64,000 nucleotides of DNA, taken from NCBI GenBank assembly GCA_964016885.1, contig OZ024742.1, positions 150,040,001-150,104,000 on the forward strand, read 5' to 3'. Numbering within the stretch: position 1 is the first letter of the stretch; each line of letters opens with the position of its first letter. Source of the stretch: Eledone cirrhosa. Lineage: Eukaryota. The notes under the pieces were generated by a model that worked only from the letters and a program-made list of their open reading frames with translations, searched no databases and was not told the origin of the DNA. This document shows positions 27,749 to 41,159 of this stretch, piece after piece. The position numbers were made by a program, and so were the translations under genes.

Positions 27749-28089
27749 AATTGTTTCTACTTTAGGAACAAGGCCAGAAATTTGAAGGAGAGGGGAAAGT
27801 CGATTAAATCGACCCCAGTGCCTAAATGGTACTTTGTTTTATCGACCCCGTAAGGATGAAAGGCAAAGTTAACCTCGGCGGGATTTGAACTCAGATCATA
27901 AAGGGCCGTAACTCTATGCTGCAAAGCATGACGTCTGACCGACCCTCTACTGATACTGCCAATCAACCGCCAATCCAAAATAATTGTTTCTTATATAGGC
28001 ACAAGGCCAGCAATTTTGGGGGAGGGCCGTAACTCTGTACTGCGAAGCAGGGTGTCCGACGCTCTACCGATACTGCCAATATACCGCCC
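27749..28089 (-). mobile_element. Two tandem SINE copies (second internally deleted)
   Basis: Reverse-complement SINE matches. Confidence 0.75.
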
Positions 28090-28899
28090 TACGTTAAATA
28101 ATGAATTGTGTTTCTTTTGCGTTGTTGTTAATTGGTTGTTGTAGAATTATTATTCTTTGCGTAGATTTCGCTTTTGTCTCTCTTTAAATTAGATAAACAC
28201 CAACTGTTATTTAGCCACGAGTTGTTGACCGTTAAACGGAATTACACAAACTGCAGATGAACAAGTGTTAGTGAAATGTTAAATTCAAGGATCTCCAAAG
28301 TATACACTGGAGAATGTGATTCCCTTTATCGTAATTAAAAACAACAGCAACAACAGAGGGTTTTTAGCAGGAACACTTCTGATATATCTGCTGAATCAAA
28401 ATTGACCTATGTATTAAAATACAACAGCTACAACAACAACTACTACTACAACTACTATCATCACCACTACTACTACCACCCCCACCACTACCACCACCAT
28501 CACTACTACTACTACTACTACTACTACTACAATGATATTTAATTAACAGCAACTACATTTGTCAAGCAACAAGATGTTTAGCAACAAAAACGACATTAAA
28601 GTCTCTTGTTTCCTCCGCCTATCCTTATACGTCACACATCACCTCACATGTCAACGAGAAAAATATTCCTAAAACCCCAACCCCGGCAATATGCTGCTGC
28701 ACCACACCACATCCTCTATAGCAAGCTCAATCAACACCACAGCTATATTGAAACGAGATCAGATATCGAAAGAGGATGTCGATATATGATTGCAAGAACT
28801 TAACATAACATCCTCTCACCTCTTGCCTCTCCCCCGATAACAACTTACCATAGCTATCAATACTCTTTAAAAAAAGAGAACAGAAAAAACTTCAACAAT

Positions 28900-30838
28900 A
28901 CAACTACCAACTCTATACTATACCATACTATACCATAGTATCGCTATTACAAGAAACCTCCTACTCTCACTCACACCACTACCACAACCACACAAACTAC
29001 TACCTCACACAGACTACCACCAACACCACACATTACTACCACCAGCGCCATACAAACTACTACCACACACACACACTACCACCAACACCAACACCAACAC
29101 ACACACTACCACCACCGTACAAACTACTACCACACACACACTACCACCAACACCACCCATTACTACCACCACTGCCATACACACTACTACTACCACCACC
29201 ACACACTACTACCACCACACACACTACCACCAACACCACACATTACTACCACCACCACCATACACACTACTACCACCACCACCATACACACTACTACCAC
29301 CACACACACTACCACCAACACCACCACTAACACCACCACCAAAACACACACTACCACCATCACAACCACACAAACTACTACCACACATACACTACCACCA
29401 ATACCACACATTACTTCCACCACCGCCATACACACTCCTACCACCACCACACACTACTACCACCACCACACACTACTACCACCACACACGCTACCACCAA
29501 CAGCACCACCAACACCACCACCAACACACACACTACCACCACCACCGCCATACAAAATACTACCACACACACACTACCACCAACACCACACATTACTACC
29601 ACCACCGCCATACACACTATTACCACCACCACCACCACCACACACACTACCACCACCATACACACTACTACCACCACCACCACACACTACTACCACCACA
29701 CACACTACCACCAACACCACCACCAACACACACACTACCACCATCACAACCACACAAACTACTACCACACACACACTACCGCCAACATCACACATTACTA
29801 CCACCACCACCACACACACTACCACCACCATACACACTACTACCACCACCACCACCACCACACACACTACCACCACCATACACACTACTACCACCACCAC
29901 ACACACTACCACCACCATCAACATCAGCACCACCACCACACACTGCAACCACCACCACCACCATCAACATCAGCACCACCGTACACACCACCACCTCTAC
30001 CATACACACTGCCATCACCTCCCTCCAACACCATACACAACTACTACCACCACCATCAACATCAGCACCACCATCGCACTACCACCTTCACCACAACACA
30101 GACTGCCACCACCACCACTGCCACCAGCACCACCACCACCACACACACTTCCACCCACTATCAATACCATCAGCACACACCACCACACAACACACCACCA
30201 CCACAGCCACCACCACCACAACACAACACACCACCACTGCCACCACCACCACAGCCACCACCACCACACACCACACCATCACCACCACCACCGCCACCAC
30301 CACCACCACAACCACACCCACCACCACCGCCACCACCACCACCACACCCACCACCACCACACAACACACCACCACCACACAACACACCACCACCACCACC
30401 ACACAACACACCACCACCACCACACAACACACCACCACCACCGCCGCCACCACACCCACCACCACAACACAACACACCACCACCACACAACACACCACCA
30501 CCACCACACAACACACCACCACCACCACCGCCACCACCACCACCGCCACCACACCCACCACCACCACCACACAACACACCACCACCACCACACAACACAC
30601 CACCACCACCACCACAGCCACCACCACACAACACACCACCACCACATAACACACCACCACCACCACCACCACACAACACACCACCACCACCACCACACAA
30701 CACACCACCACCACACAACACACCACCACCACCACCACCACAGCCACCACCACCACCACACCCACCACCACCACCACACCCACCACCACCACACAACACA
30801 CCACCACCACCACACAACACACCACCACCACCATAGCC
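28900..30838. repeat. (ACC/ACA/CTA)-rich compound micro/minisatellite
   Basis: Degenerate accacc/acacac arrays; the Val/Gly/Trp ORFs are artefacts. Confidence 0.9.
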
Positions 30839-31004
30839 ACCCATTCTTTCTGGAGTCTGTCAACATAGTTCGACGTTGCTATTGTTTGTTCGGATTGTTT
30901 TTGTTGTTTGAAATATTCTGTGGGTTTTTCTTTTGTTGTTTGTGTTATTTCTGTCTCACAAAGATATATGACAGAACTGTTACCCATCTCCACCCCACAT
31001 ATTT

Positions 31005-31040
31005 GCACACACACAAACCCCCGCACACATATACACACAC

Positions 31041-31112
<72 letters not shown>

Positions 31113-31284
31113 CCCCGCACACATATACATACACACACACACATGCACACATACACACACATGCACACGAACACATACATATATAACTATATACATAATA
31201 TATATGGTAGCATTATATATATATATGTATATATATTGATATGTACATATATACATTCATACATGCAAACACCCACACACGCAT

Positions 31285-31323
<39 letters not shown>

Positions 31324-32308
31324 CCCGCACACACATACACACACACACATGAACACACACACACACACACAAACTCCCGCACACACATACACACACACAC
31401 ATACACACACACATACACACAAACCCCCGCACACATATGCATACACACACACACATGCACACATACACACACATGCCTCACGAACACACATACATATATA
31501 ACTATATACATAATATATATTACGTCCCTTTACGATCTGAGTTCAAATCCCGCCGAGGTTGACTTTGCCTTTCATCCTTACGGGGTCGATAAAATAAAGT
31601 ACCAGTAATGCACTGGGTAATTGCTGGCCTTGTGCCTAAAGTAGAAACAATTATATATATATATATATGTATATATATTGATATGTACATATATACATTC
31701 ATACATGCAAACACCCACACACGCATACGCACACACACACACACACACACACAAACTCCCGCACACACATACACACACACACATGAACACACACACACAC
31801 ACACACAAACCACCGCACACACATGCACACACACACACACACACATGCACAGATACACACACATGCACACGAACACACATACATATATAACTATATACAT
31901 AATATATATGGTAGCATTAGTATCGGTAGAGGGTCGGACGCCATGCTTTGACGCATAGAGTTACGGCCCTTGCCATTCTGAGTTCAAATCCCGCCGAGGT
32001 TAACTTTGCCTTTCATCCTTACGGGGTCGATAAAATAAAGTACCAGTAATACACTGGGTAATTGCTGGCCTTGTGCCAAAAGTAGAAACAATTATATATA
32101 TATATATATTGATATGTACATATATACATTCATACATGCAAACACCCACACACGCATACGCACACACACACACACACATATATATATACGCATATTTATG
32201 TATGTATGTATATATATATATATATATGTGCGTGTGTGTGTATGTGTGATATGTATATATTATTTATATATATATATATGTACATATCCATACATATATA
32301 TAATGCAA

Positions 32309-32366
<58 letters not shown>

Positions 32367-32400
32367 ATATACATGTGCATATATACAACACGCGCGTATC
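31005..32400. repeat. CA/TA-rich tandemly duplicated block with two embedded SINEs (31521-31652, 31918-32092)
   Basis: Unit atattgatatgtacatatatacattcatacatgcaaacacccac recurs at about 31233, 31675 and 32106. Confidence 0.8.
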
Positions 32401-32514
32401 CACACATACAAGTATTCATGTTCATTTCATTTATTGGTTGATGTATAAATGAGACAGCTATTATATCAGTAACTGTTAATTAATATATGCAAGCGCATAA
32501 ACTCACACGCACCA

Positions 32515-32545
<31 letters not shown>

Positions 32546-33959
32546 CCGCCCCCTCTCTCTCTCTCCCTCCCTCTCTATCTATGTATCTCTCGTTCTCTCT
32601 CTCTTATCATTACTTGACTCTATTAAACATATATATATATATATGTAGAGGTTATATTTAATTTGTTGGGATACAACAAGCAAAATATGTATATATATAT
32701 ATGTGTGTATGTGTGTGTGTGTGAATACGTACTCATGTTTGCTTGCATATAAAACAACTATGCGTATAAAACAACTATCATTTGACTAAAAACAAAAAAA
32801 GTACTTTGCAATGCCTTTCACCCAAGACTAAGCAAGTTATTGATGTAGGATTTTAAGTCTGTCAGGCGCTAGGACATCTCATGTGATGAAAAGATAAATT
32901 CAGCTGACTGTTCTTGTGGTATTTCCACTTGAATTTGATTGGTTTTAGCACACAACGCCATAAATAAGTTGTATCGATACCAAAGTAGAGTTGAGGCAAA
33001 CTGGACTACAGATCAAAGTCTCTGGTACTACAACGTCGCAGGTATTGAAGAATATTTTTGACAGATCCGGTGTAGTAGATCTTGATCTGGCTCTTTCCTT
33101 CTTGTCGCGTTGTCCAATTCGATTCTGCAACTATTATTCCCTTATTAGATACTTTTGGTGGTCAGCTGCTGTTTTCTACCATGCAATCGTTTCTAGGCCA
33201 CCTGATTAAATGAAAATGTAGTTTGATGAGACACCTTTATAGTGGAGATTGTTTCTTTCTTTTCTGTGGGTGGAAGGGTCTTTGAAATTATCAACTCCGT
33301 ACATTTAAATCGGTGATATTTCCGAAATTTTATCGTTGAGTCTGTCAACTTCTAATGTCTTGAATAGGTTTGATAATCTGTTGAAGCTTTTTATGAATTT
33401 TTTAACAAGAAAGAAAAAAAGATCCTATCAACAGGAAAATAATGACTACATGCAATTTGTATAGCCTTGAAAACATTTATATTAAATTGTCTTTCTTTTT
33501 TGACATTCAAACATTTGAAGTTTATCGTATTTGGCTCTTCCATCAAAAAGTTTTGTTAACCTTGATATGCTTGCCTGCTTTAACGCCATAGGTCAGTGGT
33601 CTATCGAGTGTAGTAGTTTGATTAAAATGAACAATAGAATTAGCTATCACCGAACAAGGATTTTGTAGTAACCAGTTCCTTCTATAACCGAACTCTGTTT
33701 ATTCTATAGTTGAAATGTGTTTTAAAGATTTATTTGCTCCTATATTTGCATTTTGACGCAATATATATTAAATTAATAAAGTGTTAACCGACTAGAGTTG
33801 TGCAATGCACACTCCAATCAGTTAATAGTGATACTAATAGAATGAAGCACTCGACAACATGTACTAATCCAAATTCGTTTTGATAGTCCTAGCCGGAGTA
33901 TACATACAGAAGAGTAAATATTGGTGAAGGCCATATGGAGTGGTGCATGAATTTATTCA

Positions 33960-34040
33960 GCTATTTTATGGATTTCTCTGGGGTCGACGATTAGGTGGAA
34001 TGATTTCAACATAACCGTCGACCCGAGTTCATCAGATAGC
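33960..34040 (-). ncRNA. Probable type I hammerhead ribozyme motif
   Basis: Minus strand: gctat-CTGATGA-a-ctcgggtcgacggtta/taatcgtcgacccc-GAAA-tcca-TA-aa-atagc; strong stem II. Confidence 0.55.
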
Positions 34041-34707
34041 AATCAGAGATAAAAACAAGCAACTTCTAAAGTTTATCGATACGAGGGGCCGGCATATAGC
34101 CTGATACCATTAAGCCGTCACTCGTATGATTTCTCCTCCTTTCCAACACTAGGGCGTAGGTGGGGGCTAGTCTCCTTACCTCACACCACTTTCGCTAAGT
34201 TTCAAATAAATAACTCAATGACATATACTAATCCTATTAATCCCAATAGGCGGAAAGCCAAAGTTGACCATGACAGAATTTTAACGCTAATCGTAAAGAG
34301 GTGAAACAAACACCTAAAGGGATTTTGTACGATGTTCCAACCTTTCTGCCAATTCCGCAGACTATTACTATAATAGCTATAATAACTCTGCTATATAGTT
34401 CTGATCCTTCGAATTCGCCGGCTGCTCTTTTGGGGGAGGCCTTAAGCCAGTAAAATAAATACTGTAACAACATATATGTAGTATCGTTAGTTTTACACAC
34501 GAGTTTAAAGAGAATTCAAAATATGAAGCAGAATAAATAAATATATATATTGGATTAAATGCTCTGAAATAGCGATATATATGTGAAGATAGACATAGAA
34601 TATTCGAAAATATTCTGTATGTTTATAATAAACATTTTGAAGACCTAATCGCTATAGAATAGAATACGTCACGTATTACAATTAGATTCTCGATAAAAGC
34701 AAGGGAA

Positions 34708-34750
34708 GTAACCTACGCGTTTCATTCTTATTAGAAATCTTCAGGATTAC
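34708..34750 (-). ncRNA. Type I hammerhead ribozyme (array copy; identical at 35018-35060 and 35328-35370)
   Basis: gtaatc-CTGAAGA-t-ttct-aata-agaa-t-GAAAC-gc-GTA-ggttac on the minus strand. Confidence 0.85.
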
Positions 34751-35840
34751 ATATCCAGTGCTTTTATCGAGAATGACACAGCTAGAGACTTATAGAATAC
34801 TTAGCTGTGTACAGGAACTGGTTTGAAAGAGCGGTTGCCGGTCCGGCAGAAATTAGAAATTGGATTAAATGCTCTGAAATAGCGATATATATGTGAAGAT
34901 AGACATAGAATATTCGAAAATATTCTGTATGTTTATAATAAACATTTTGAAGACCTAATCGCTATAGAATAGAATACGTCACGTATTACAATTAGATTCT
35001 CGATAAAAGCAAGGGAAGTAACCTACGCGTTTCATTCTTATTAGAAATCTTCAGGATTACATATCCAGTGCTTTTATCGAGAATGACACAGCTAGAGACT
35101 TATAGAATACTTAGCTGTGTACAGGAACTGGTTTGAAAGAGCGGTTGCCGGTCCGGCAGAAATTAGAAATTGGATTAAATGCTCTGAAATAGCGATATAT
35201 ATGTGAAGATAGACATAGAATATTCGAAAATATTCTGTATGTTTATAATAAACATTTTGAAGACCTAATCGCTATAGAATAGAATACGTCACGTATTACA
35301 ATTAGATTCTCGATAAAAGCAAGGGAAGTAACCTACGCGTTTCATTCTTATTAGAAATCTTCAGGATTACATATCCAGTGCTTTTATCGAGAATGACACA
35401 GCTAGAGACTTATAGAATACTTAGCTGTGTACAGGAACTGGTTTGAAAGAGCGGTTGCCGGTCCGGCAGAAATTAGAAATTGGATTAAATGCTCTGAAAT
35501 AGCGATATATATGTGAAGATAGACATAGAATATTCGAAAATATTCTGTATGTTTATAATAAACATTTTGAAGACCTAATCGCTATAGAATAGAATACGTC
35601 ACGTATTACAATTAGATTCTCGATAAAAGCGATTAGGTCTTCAAAATGTTTATTATAAACATACAGAATATTTTCGAATATTCTATGTCTATCTTCACAT
35701 ATATATCGCTATTTCAGAGCATTTAATCCAATTTCTAATTTCTGCCGGACCGGCAGCCGCTCTTTCAAACCAGTTCCTGTACACAGCTAAGTATTCTATA
35801 AGTCTCTAGCTGTGTCATTCTCGATAAAAGCACTGGATAT

Positions 35841-35883
35841 GTAATCCTGAAGATTTCTAATAAGAATGAAACGCGTAGGTTAC
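35841..35883 (+). ncRNA. Type I hammerhead ribozyme (array copy; identical at 36151-36193)
   Basis: Same motif on the plus strand; predicted cleavage after GUA at 35877; stem I extended by 16-bp attctcgataaaagca/tgcttttatcgagaat. Confidence 0.85.
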
Positions 35884-36597
35884 TTCCCTTGCTTTTATCG
35901 AGAATCTAATTGTAATACGTGACGTATTCTATTCTATAGCGATTAGGTCTTCAAAATGTTTATTATAAACATACAGAATATTTTCGAATATTCTATGTCT
36001 ATCTTCACATATATATCGCTATTTCAGAGCATTTAATCCAATTTCTAATTTCTGCCGGACCGGCAACCGCTCTTTCAAACCAGTTCCTGTACACAGCTAA
36101 GTATTCTATAAGTCTCTAGCTGTGTCATTCTCGATAAAAGCACTGGATATGTAATCCTGAAGATTTCTAATAAGAATGAAACGCGTAGGTTACTTCCCTT
36201 GCTTTTATCGAGAATCTAATTGTAATACGTGACGTATTCTATTCTATAGCGATTAGGTCTTCAAAATGTTTATTATAAACATACAGAATATTTTCGAATA
36301 TTCTATGTCTATCTTCAAATATATATATATTGTTATACTTGGGGAGGGTCACATTGTTGTAATAATATTGCCAGAATTAATAACAGAACACACTCACTGT
36401 TTGGTTGATTTTCGCTTCTGTATCTTTTATATCAGTTAATTCATTCGGTCCTCAATGTTTACCATTGACTGACCAACGGTCAAAAATACAGATAAAATAT
36501 AGATATAAACACATGTATATAGTCTAACTTGCACATTTGCAACATCGTCAGTGGTGCTATTATGTTGTTCCTCCTGTTGTATTGTATATCTACACCA

Positions 36598-36673
<76 letters not shown>

Positions 36674-38171
36674 CGCGCGCGTGTGAGTGTGTAATTTTAC
36701 ACACCTTGCATGAGATTTTATTTTCAAAAACAAAATCTTGAAACAAATAAAAACATAAAACCTACATTTTCGATGCCTTCGCCCTCCTCGTATTTGACAA
36801 CCCTGTGCTATCTCACCTTACTTCTAAATCTGTATTTATTACTTTGCTCGGTGATTCCTTCCCAGTGTCACAAGCGTCTACAATTGCCTCTCTACTCACG
36901 TTTACCATTCATTGAAAAATACCTATAAAAGTTCAAGTACGGTAGAATCTCGCATATATAATATAGTGAGTTGAAAAACTTCGATTAACTAAGATTATAT
37001 TTGCAGTTAGTAGAGAAAATATCCCTCTAGAGGTTTTTAAACATCACGATGTAACACACAAGGAGTACAACTCCAATAATATCGTATAACACTTTTTTTT
37101 TTGCAAATAAAGATGATGCATTAATCGCTTCTATGTCACTAGCTTGGGGTAAGAGCCTACAAAGTTAGTGGATATTGCGCCCGCCTGCATATACACGCAT
37201 ACACCCCTCTCCCCCCACACACATACGTGCATATGCACACATATACACACAACGTTGATTGAACTTTGGAAGCCGTCTGAGATTGATATGATGTGTTTGA
37301 ATTTCTGTAGGTTGTTGCTTGGAAGCAAAGTTTAACTAAAGAATCAGTTGTAGAAAGTTGTAATTCTGGAGATTTCAATAGTCGTAGTTCAGTAGCTATG
37401 GCAAAAGAAAGCAGTGCACGCCTATTTCATCTACTGCACCGCTAAAGTTAACGCTACACGAATGCAGCCATCACGAGAACAGTATTTTACTAACACAGCT
37501 GGTGGTGAATTAGCAGAGTCGTTAGAACGTCAGATAGAATACTTTACAGTATTCGTTCCGGTTCCGGCTCAATTCCCACCGAAGTCAACCTTGGATTTCA
37601 TCCTTTCAAGGTTGAAAAAAAAAAGTACCACTGCAATACTGGGATCAATCCTCTATATCGCTATCTTACTTTCTATCCTTCTCTGAAAAAAATCTGCTGT
37701 GTTCAGGCCTGGAGAGGGAATGGGCTTAGCCAGGCTTAAAATGATCAAGAAATGCCGTATGCCACTTCGGCGCCCCTACTACTCTACAAGGAGGTACGGG
37801 ACTTTATCAATTACAGCCATTAAATTTTGTGAACAAAATTGGATAGACGGGAAGTGCCTGGATGCACGTCAGATAGAATGTACTTGTAATTCAACGCCAC
37901 TGTTTTGTAACATACTGTGCCATGCTGATTCTGCCTGAGTGTTAAATTAAGTGTACAAGTGTCGTAGAATGCTAAGTCACTTATTCAATAATTCGATGAG
38001 TAAGTAATCGGCTGATTGATCAAGCGGAATAGTCATAGTGGAAACATAGGAAGAGTCTATTTATTTTCTATGTATGTTCTTCTGGTTTTATAATTTCACA
38101 AATGTTTGCCAATAGAGAGAGAGTCGGATTCTAACATAGTTACAAGACTCTCTTATTGGAGTTTACACAAC

Positions 38172-40246
38172 ATCAACTAGGTAAATATGTATGTATGTCT
38201 GCATGCATGTATGTGTGTGCAGGTATGGATGTTATTGTATGTGTGGATGTGGATGTTTTGAGTTGTATGTGTGCATGTGCATACGCTTTGTATCTGTCCA
38301 TGTGTATATGCAGTTATTAGATGCAACATTTTTGGAATGTTTTACATATTTTTACTGTTCCATTAATGGATTGTACTTGTGATTTCCTAACTAGTTGTGT
38401 TCTTTCTGTTTCTGTGAAGCCCAGCTTCTCAAGATTTGTATTGAGGCAGTTACTAACATATCCCAGTGCCCCAATAATCACAGGCATAAATCTGAAGGTA
38501 TAGTCAGGGTGAGGTATCTGCAGATTTCTCATCAGTTCTGCATAAATATTTTCCTTTTCGCTAATCTTTGATATTATATTGGCATCTGCCGAGCAGCTAA
38601 CATCCACTTTGCCTTTTTTTCCCTGTCCCATATCATTATATCTGGTATTTTATGCTTGCATTTTATTGGGGTTTTTACTGGAACATTCCACCAGTACTCT
38701 TTCATATTATGTATATGTATGTCTTCCACATTGCTCTAGCTTTTAATGTGTTTATTATCGGAGCTTTCTTTTCTACGGATTGCATTGTACAGTGTTTTGG
38801 CCACTACATCATGTTTCCTAGGTAGATAGTACCGTGATGACATCTTTGGACAGCTTCTTATGGCATGGGTGACATCTTCGATGTTAATTCTGCAGAGTCT
38901 GCACTTGTTGTCACATCTAGGCGTTTTGCCTGCATTCCTATCTCTTTTGTGAATGAGCTATTTTGTGTTGATTTCCTGTTCTTGGATTGCAAAAGCGTAT
39001 CTTTCAAAGTGGGAGCCAATATAGCTGTGGTTATTCCAAGATAGACTACTTTGCTTATCTATATTACTCTCACTCTGGAGCTTCCTGGCAACATATCCAT
39101 ACATGATTTTTTGCTGATAAGCATGCAGTTTTTTATCCATGGATTCACTGGGGTACTGCTGAGCAATTTCCCTGGGTGTGAGTTTTTGATTATCACAAAG
39201 GGAATATCTTTTAAGGAGTTCCTTCCTAACTCTCATGATCAACTAGGTAGATATGTATGTATGTCTGCACGCATGCATGTGTAGATATGGATGTTATTGT
39301 ATGTGTGGATGTGGATGTTTTGAGTTGTATGTGTGCATGTGTATATGCTTTGTATCTGTACATGTGTATATGCAGTTATTAGATGCAACATTTTTGGAAT
39401 GTTTTACATATTCTTACTGTTCCATTAATGGAAGACATACTTGTAATTTCCTAACTAGTTGTGTTCTTTCTGTTCCTGTGGAGCCTAGTTTCTCAAGATT
39501 TGTATTGAGGCAGTTACTAACATATCCCAGTGCCCCAATAATCACAGGCATAAATCTGAAGGTGTAATCAGGGTGGAGTATCTGCAGATTTCTCATCAGT
39601 TCTGCATAAATATTCTCCTTTTCGCTAATCTTTGATATTATATTGGCATCTGCTGGGCAGTTAATTTCCACCACTGTGCATGCCTTCTTTTCCCTGTCCC
39701 ATATCATAATATTTGGGTGTTATGTCTGCATTTTATTGGGGTTTTTACTGGAACATTCCACTCTTTCATATTATGTATATGTATGTCTTCCAAAAGCCTA
39801 TCTTTCAAAGTGGGAGCCAATATAGCGGTTGTTGGTCCAAGATAGACTACTTTCCTTATCTTTATTACTCTCACTCTGGAGCTTCCTGGTAATATATCCA
39901 TGCATGATTTTTTGCTGATAAGCATGCAGTTTTTCATCCATGGATACAGTGTGATACTGCTGAGCGACTTCCCTGGGTGTGAGTTTTTGATTATCACACT
40001 GGGAATATCTCTCGAGGAGTTCCTTCCCAACTCTCATGATCTTATCTGTTTCATGCAGATAGACTTGCTCGAGAGACGGGCTCCTACACTTCGAGGTTCG
40101 TAGATGTTGTCAAATGCTGTCTGGACTGATGTTAGGCCTCTGCCTCCCTGCTTACGTTTCAAGTAAAGGCGGTCTATGTCACTGTTGATGTGGAAGTTTC
40201 CAGTGTTGTTTAGTATTTTTCGAGTTCCAACATCAACTGCTCGGAT
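38172..40246 (-). mobile_element. Two tandem 5'-truncated R4/Dong-type RLE LINE copies (family A; junction near 39240)
   Basis: AIQEQEINTK, CRLC-x8-H-x4-C, PDIMIWD...VEINCP, MPVIIGALG, RLYLKRKQGGRGL; the second copy has an internal deletion near 39790 and abuts (TATG)n at 40248. Confidence 0.85.
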
Positions 40247-40332
40247 CGTATGTATGTATGTATGTATGTATGTATGTATGTATGTATGTATGTATGTATG
40301 TATGTATGTATGTATGTATGTATGTATGTATG

Positions 40333-40909
40333 TCGGGTCACTCTTGGGTGCTACTGGTAACATGTAACCCAGTACAACCTGTCGCATGGTCGGGTCGTCG
40401 GCGACTAAACCGGAAACCCCACCAGGTTTACTTCAAAAAACAAGACAAAAAACAAAACCTGACAAAAGGCGGAAGAACTTATAAGAGTCAGCGGCCATCC
40501 AAAAGTGTGTAAATATGTATATACACATGTACATATGTATGTACATGTGTATATACATGGGTGCATGTGTATGTATATCCGTGGGGACATAGAAATAGTC
40601 GAGCTGGACACCCGATCGCGCGGTTAAACCAGTGGGAGTGAAGGACCCCTAGCCTTTGTCAGGGCATTCTTCTAGGAGAAGGCAACTCAGGAAACTGGGA
40701 TAGCCCCGATATAAAACCTGCAGCTCAGTAGTTACCGATGATGTTGATCTTTTCTTCTGTTTGGGTTATAGTTACTGTCGCTCAGAGAGTGGGATTGGCT
40801 CAGTGCAGTCTTTCCTCACTTTAAAAAATATCTCCCCGCACAGGCATTGCACAATAGAATTAATTAATAATTATTAATAATGGTACATCATGCAATGGCC
40901 ATACTCGAT
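40333..40909 (+). mobile_element. Non-autonomous RTE derivative (second subfamily)
   Basis: 5' region homologous to 6480-6600; ends in gcaatggccatactcgat, identical to the RTE LINE tail. Confidence 0.6.
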
Positions 40910-40915
40910 GTGTGT

Positions 40916-41018
<103 letters not shown>

Positions 41019-41159
41019 TGTGTGCATGTATGAATGTATGTGTGTGTATGGATGAATGTATGTACGTATGTATGTATCTATGTATGTATATATGCATGTA
41101 TGTATATATATGTGTGTGTATGTATGTATCTATGTATGTATGTATCTATGTATGTATGT

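Larger units (their letters stand above)
34551..36317. mobile_element. 310-bp tandem array with one hammerhead per monomer (non-LTR retrozyme-like), inverted at 35628-35630
   Basis: Unit starts at 34551, 34861, 35171 and 35481; reverse-complement arm 35628-36317; flanked by atatatat on both sides. Confidence 0.9.

Noticed and set aside
28900-32450. Long Val/Cys/Gly/Trp/His-Thr ORFs
   Set aside because: Translations of ACC/CA microsatellites, open in several frames; no coding evidence.
32760-33800. Possible degraded coding or transposase sequence on the minus strand
   Set aside because: Many stops and no motif I could recognise.
34551-36317. CRISPR array or ordinary satellite
   Set aside because: Units are identical over their full length with no unique spacers; the ribozyme and inversion fit a retrozyme better than a plain satellite.
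40333-40425. HDV-like ribozyme at the RTE-derived 5' end
   Set aside because: Hairpins are present but I could not build the nested double pseudoknot (P1, P1.1, P2) by eye.
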